From positions 1,221 to 65,220 of the forward strand of contig JBBSKY010000006.1 of assembly GCA_038255915.1 (NCBI GenBank): a DNA stretch of 64,000 bases, written 5' to 3'. The translations under genes and the position numbers were made by a program. Origin of the DNA: Acidimicrobiales bacterium. Its GTDB lineage: Bacteria; Actinomycetota; Acidimicrobiia; Acidimicrobiales; JAUJNH01. Below are positions 60,116-64,000 of the stretch, one piece after another (within the stretch, counting starts at the first letter, position 1; each line of letters starts with the position of its first letter). The notes under the pieces were generated by a model. The model saw nothing but the letters and a program-made list of their open reading frames with translations. It was not told the DNA's origin and ran no database searches.

Positions 60116-61210
60116 CTAGGCGTCCGGGGCGGGGAGGCGGGCGGCGTCGACCGAGGCGCCGGGGGCGATGACCGCCCCTTCGCCCAGGACGGACAGCCCG
60201 GTCACCTTGGCGCCGGCGCCGACCACGGCGCCGGGACCGACGATGCTGCGCTCGACCAGGGCGCCCTCGCCGATGATGGCGCCCGCCAGCAGCACGGCGT
60301 CCTCGAGCCGGACCCCGCCGGCCACCCGGCTGGCGGGGCCGATCACCGAACGGCGGGCCTCGACGGCCGGGCCCACGTGGCAGCCGTCGCACAGCAGGCT
60401 CTGGTCGTCGATGTCGGCGCCCGGGTCGACGACGGGCTCGCCCAGCGTCCAGCCTCCCTCGGCCCGGCGATCAGCACCCGGCGTGGGCGGACCGGCGCCC
60501 CGGGTGCCGTCGAGGAGATCCGTCGAGGCCTGGAGGTAGGAGTCGGGCAGCCCGACGTCGAGCCAGTAGCGCTCGGAGGCCAGGGCGAACAGCGTGCCGT
60601 CGGCCACCAGGGCCGGGAACACCTCCCGCTCGAGCGACACCTTCTGGTCGGCCGGGATCCGGGACAGCACCGAGGGCTCGAACACGTAGGTGCCGGCGTT
60701 GATCAGGTTCGTCGGCGCCGTGCCGGGCTCCGGCTTCTCGACGAATGCCGTGACCCGGCCGTCTGCGGCGGTGGTGACCACCCCGAAGCGGGACGGGTCC
60801 TCGACGGGCGTGAGGGCGATGGTGGCCTCGGCCCCCGTCCGCCGGTGGGCGTCGATCAGCGCCGTGAAGTCCAGGTCGGTGAGCACGTCGCCGTTGGCCA
60901 CCAGGAAGGTGTCGCGCAGGCCGGCCTGGCGGGCGGCGAAGCGAATGGCCCCGCCGGTGTCGAGGGGCTCGGGCTCCACCACGTAGGTGAGCGGGACACC
61001 GGCGACGGTGTCGTCGGGGAAGGCGGCGAAGAAGCTGTCGGGCCGGTAGCCGAGGGACAGCACCACCCGCTCGACACCGTGGGCAGCCAGCCGGGCGATG
61101 ACCCGCTCGATGAGGGGGACCCCGGCCACGGGGACCAGGTTCTTCGGGACGGTGAGCGTGAGAGGCCGCAGCCGGGTGCCGAAGCCGCCGACGAGGACGA
61201 CGGCGTCCAA
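60116..61210 (-). CDS. manC: Mannose-1-phosphate guanylyltransferase (nucleotidyltransferase plus left-handed beta-helix)
   Basis: TTG 61210 gives (M)DAVVLVGGFGTRLRPLTLTVPKNLVPV. EKPEPGTAPTNLINAGTYVF. C-terminal hexapeptide repeats. The 141 upstream codons of the track ORF overlap the neighbouring gene. Confidence 0.85.
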   Translation of the reverse strand: MDAVVLVGGFGTRLRPLTLTVPKNLVPVAGVPLIERVIARLAAHGVERVVLSLGYRPDSFFAAFPDDTVAGVPLTYVVEPEPLDTGGAIRFAARQAGLRDTFLVANGDVLTDLDFTALIDAHRRTGAEATIALTPVEDPSRFGVVTTAADGRVTAFVEKPEPGTAPTNLINAGTYVFEPSVLSRIPADQKVSLEREVFPALVADGTLFALASERYWLDVGLPDSYLQASTDLLDGTRGAGPPTPGADRRAEGGWTLGEPVVDPGADIDDQSLLCDGCHVGPAVEARRSVIGPASRVAGGVRLEDAVLLAGAIIGEGALVERSIVGPGAVVGAGAKVTGLSVLGEGAVIAPGASVDAARLPAPDA

Positions 61211-61215
61211 GGCCC

Positions 61216-62097
61216 CTAACCCCCGGTGGGAGGGGCGCTCGATGACGGCGGCGCCTCGGAGGAAGGCGGGGTGGTGGGCGCTGGGGCCACGGTCGTGGCC
61301 GTGGCGCCGTCGGCCGGTGCGGTGCTGACGGTGGGGTCGGCCGGCGCCTCGTCGTGCGCGCCCGGGGCGTGGCTGTCGCCCCCCTCGTGGGCGGCAGCCC
61401 CCGGGTCGGCCGCAGACTGCGACTGGGACCGGTTCTGGTCGGCCGGGTCGACGTCGCTCAGGTTGTCGAGGCCGGGGGTGCTGGGCGGGTCGCCGATCTG
61501 CTCGTAGGTCGTGCCCTTGGGTACGAAGGCGAGCACCAGCTTGCCCCGGTCGGTGAAGCGGATGGCGCCGGGGTCGCCGTCGTGGGGCTCGCCGTTGTAG
61601 AAGGCTTTGACCTCGCCCTCCTGCTCGCCGCACTTGTCGCCGGTCTCGTGCTCGACCTTCTTCTTGCTGGCGCCCTCGGGCCAGGAGAAGTTGTTCACGG
61701 CGAGCTCGCCGTCAACGGCCTCGGCGTAGCGGGCGAAGGTGGAGCGGCGCCCGGCGGCGGAGGCGACGCTGGGGTGGATGTGGATGATGCCGTCGCCGTG
61801 GGTGTGGATGCCCTTGGGGTCGTTCTGATCCTGCACCGGGTCGAGCCACCTGTCGCACACCCGGACCCCGAGGGCAACGTGCCAGTGCGCGCTCCCGGCC
61901 TTGGGCTCCTCCTGGCTGGTGGGCGAGCCCAGCTCGTCGAGGCGTTGGTCGCGGCTAAAGGTGGTGAGGCCGACGCCGGCGAGCAGGATGACGACCAGGG
62001 TCGAGTACCAAAGGACCGGTGCCTTGCCGCGGTTGGTGCGACCGCCGCCGATCCCTGCAGCTCGCGCGACCTTCTTCGATGACGATGCCTTGCCCAT
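61216..62097 (-). CDS. Membrane-anchored extracytoplasmic protein with a His/Cys cluster and a P/T/S/A-rich tail
   Basis: 293 aa. Basic N-terminus plus one TM (VLWYSTLVVILLAGVGL). HWHVALGVRVCDRW and GIHTHGDGIIHIHP. The last 90 aa or so are low-complexity (APAPTTPPSSEAPPSSSAPP). Confidence 0.55.
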   Translation of the reverse strand: MGKASSSKKVARAAGIGGGRTNRGKAPVLWYSTLVVILLAGVGLTTFSRDQRLDELGSPTSQEEPKAGSAHWHVALGVRVCDRWLDPVQDQNDPKGIHTHGDGIIHIHPSVASAAGRRSTFARYAEAVDGELAVNNFSWPEGASKKKVEHETGDKCGEQEGEVKAFYNGEPHDGDPGAIRFTDRGKLVLAFVPKGTTYEQIGDPPSTPGLDNLSDVDPADQNRSQSQSAADPGAAAHEGGDSHAPGAHDEAPADPTVSTAPADGATATTVAPAPTTPPSSEAPPSSSAPPTGG

Positions 62098-62217
62098 ACC
62101 GGAGAGCGAGCGTACCTGCCAGCAGCATGCTGAAGTAGTCGCTCGGCGGCTGCGGGCTGACGCTGTTGCAGGTCACGTCCGATGACGGCGCACGCCTCGC
62201 TCTACGTCGCCACACTC

Positions 62218-63393
62218 CTACAGGACCTCACCGAAGGCGGCCGCCGTGGCCTGGGCGCAGGCCGACCACGGGAAGGCGGCGGCCCGGGCCGGGCCGCCGG
62301 CAGCCAGGTCGGCCAGGCTGGCTGCGTCTCCGAGGAGGTCGACCACCGCCGCGTCCCACATCTCGCGCTCCGTGGGGCCGCTCGGGCCTGGGCCGGCCGC
62401 CGCCGGACCCTCGACGAACCGGGCCGCCGACCCGGCGACCTCGGGCAGCGAGGACGCCGAGCTGCACAGCACCGGGGTGCCCTGGGCCATGGCCTCGAGC
62501 ACGGGCAGGCCGAAGCCCTCGTGCACGCTCGGAAAGCAGAACAGGTCCGCCCCCCGGTAGAGCGGGGCCAGGTCGGCGGCGCCCACCGGCCCGACGAGGG
62601 CCACCGAGCCGGGGGGGGCGGCAGAGGTGGCCTCCCGCACGCGGGCGGCCGTCGGTCCCCATCCGGGCGGGCCGACCAGGGCCAGGCGGTGGGGCAGGCC
62701 GGCGGCCGCCAGGGCGGCGGGCAGGCCGAGGAGGGCCTCGACGTTCTTGCGGGGCTCGAGCGAGCCGACCCACAGCACGTAGGGGCGGTCGGCCAGGCCC
62801 AGGCGGCGGGTCAGCTCGAGCACCTGCTCCTCGGTTGCCACCTCGAGGTCGACCCCGTTGGGCACCACCCGGATCCGCTCCTCGGCGATGGCGGTGTGCT
62901 CGATCAGCTCGTCCCGTGAGCTCTCCGAGACGGTGAGGACCAGGTCGGCCCGACGGGCGGCAGCGTCGATCCCGGCCCGGTGGAAGCGCAGGCCGCGAGC
63001 CGGGAAGGCCTCGGGGAACAGGAAGGGGGCGGCGTCGTGGACGGTGACGACGAGGGGGCGGCGGCGGCGCGGCGGTACGGCGACCGACGGGGCGAAGACC
63101 ACATCGGCCGCTCGAAGCCGTCCGATGGAGGCGATGTCGGGGCGGCCCAGGCGGGTCCATGCGTCGTAGAGGGCGGGACGGGGCAGCGGGAGGATCGTGG
63201 GGGCCGGGCCACCCAGCCCCTCGGCGGCCAGGGCGGCGGCAACGTCACGCCGGCGGTGGAGGGCGCAGAAGCCGAGGACGTCCCAACCGGCGGCGGGCAG
63301 GTGGGCCGCCAGCCTGGCGGTGTAGCGTCCGATGCCTCCCGGCGACGGCTGGAGGAGCTGCTCGAGGTTCATGGCGACCCGCACCCCCACCAT
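62218..63393 (-). CDS. GT4-family glycosyltransferase
   Basis: (M)VGVRVAMNLEQLLQPSPGGIGRYTARL, LWVGSLEPRKN and HEGFGLPVLEAMAQGTPVLCS. Start is ATG 63393, GTG 63384 or ATG 63372. Confidence 0.8.
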   Translation of the reverse strand: MVGVRVAMNLEQLLQPSPGGIGRYTARLAAHLPAAGWDVLGFCALHRRRDVAAALAAEGLGGPAPTILPLPRPALYDAWTRLGRPDIASIGRLRAADVVFAPSVAVPPRRRRPLVVTVHDAAPFLFPEAFPARGLRFHRAGIDAAARRADLVLTVSESSRDELIEHTAIAEERIRVVPNGVDLEVATEEQVLELTRRLGLADRPYVLWVGSLEPRKNVEALLGLPAALAAAGLPHRLALVGPPGWGPTAARVREATSAAPPGSVALVGPVGAADLAPLYRGADLFCFPSVHEGFGLPVLEAMAQGTPVLCSSASSLPEVAGSAARFVEGPAAAGPGPSGPTEREMWDAAVVDLLGDAASLADLAAGGPARAAAFPWSACAQATAAAFGEVL

Positions 63394-64000
63394 CCTGTAC
63401 GTCCAGCCGGTCGCCGAGCGTGGAGGGTCAGATCAGGCCCTGCTCCGCCTGGTGCGATCCCTGCCCGGAGCGGTGGCCGCCCACGTGGTCGTGCCGGCCG
63501 AGCCGCCGCTGCGCCCCGAGCTGGAGGCGGCCGGCGCCACCGTCCACATCGTGCCCATGCGCCGCCTCACCACCTCGGGGAGCCTGGCCTGGTGGGCGGG
63601 CTACGCCCTGGGTTGGCCGGTGGCGGTGGCCCGCCTGTGGCGGCTGGGCCGTCGGGTCGACGCCGACCTCGTCCACACCAACTCGCTGCACTCCTGGTAC
63701 GGCTGGGCCGTGGCCGCGCTGCTGCGCCGGCCCCACCTGTGGCACGCCCGCGAGGTGGTGACCCAGTCGGGCCTGGCCCTGCGGGTGGAGCGCCTCCTCA
63801 CCCGCCGCTTCGCCCACCTGGTGGTGGCGGTCTCGCACACGGTGGCCGACCAGCTGCCGGGCGCCCGGGTCGAGGTGGTGCTGGACGACGCCGACCGCGC
63901 CGCCTTCCGCCCGGATCAGGCCGGCAGGTTCCGAGCGGGGGCAGCCATCGCTGACGACGTGCCGCTGGTGGTGGCCGCCAGCCGCCTGGACACCTGGAAG
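63371..64000 (+). CDS. GT4-family glycosyltransferase, N-terminal part (continues beyond the right edge)
   Basis: My translation from ATG 63371 reads MATRTPTILYVQPVAERGGSDQALLRLVRSL...LVHTNSLHSWYGW...HAREVV...VVAASRLDTWK. Absent from the ORF track because no stop occurs in the window. Confidence 0.7.
   Translation, partial: MATRTPTILYVQPVAERGGSDQALLRLVRSLPGAVAAHVVVPAEPPLRPELEAAGATVHIVPMRRLTTSGSLAWWAGYALGWPVAVARLWRLGRRVDADLVHTNSLHSWYGWAVAALLRRPHLWHAREVVTQSGLALRVERLLTRRFAHLVVAVSHTVADQLPGARVEVVLDDADRAAFRPDQAGRFRAGAAIADDVPLVVAASRLDTWK

Overview
Very GC-rich, actinobacterial-type chromosomal segment. Codon third positions are almost all G/C, so the six-frame track is full of long spurious antisense ORFs rich in R/G/P/H. 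I found no rRNA, tRNA, CRISPR array, transposase or integrase. The content has two layers. (1) A housekeeping backbone: ahcY (partial), GYD protein, secA, an orphan NarL-type response regulator, comF-like, SIS isomerase, Trm112-like, manB, DUF3499, ftsH, then gmd-cofD-cofE and manC. As far as I recall, this order echoes the M. tuberculosis sahH...manA/pmmA...whiB2-fbiA-fbiB-manC region. (2) A very dense cell-envelope glycan biosynthesis island woven into that backbone, roughly 8.4-12.2 kb and 15.4-64 kb. The island holds GDP-D-rhamnose/GDP-mannose supply genes (manB, manC, gmd, rmd). It has an ABC-transporter-dependent export pair (Wzm, and Wzt with a C-terminal extension). It has at least 8 GT4 glycosyltransferases, two of them tandem double-GT4 proteins, and three polyprenyl-phosphate-sugar-synthase-like GT2 proteins. 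It also has about 6 GT-C-like polytopic membrane proteins, a 1334-aa GT2-membrane fusion, 3-4 SAM methyltransferases (two with long helical N-terminal domains) and a Glf-like flavoenzyme. The most unusual signal is a module of about 125-130 aa that I cannot assign to a named family. It occurs nine times in three secreted proteins embedded in the island: three copies on a SpoIID-domain protein, three on an S8 subtilase, and three forming a stand-alone protein. I propose that this island encodes a methyl-capped rhamnan/mannan-type wall glycopolymer together with exoproteins carrying a cognate wall-binding module. That is an inference, not a demonstrated fact. A second notable feature is a duplicated two-gene cassette (helical-domain methyltransferase-like protein plus double-GT4 polymerase-like protein), reminiscent of the WbdD/WbdA chain-length system.
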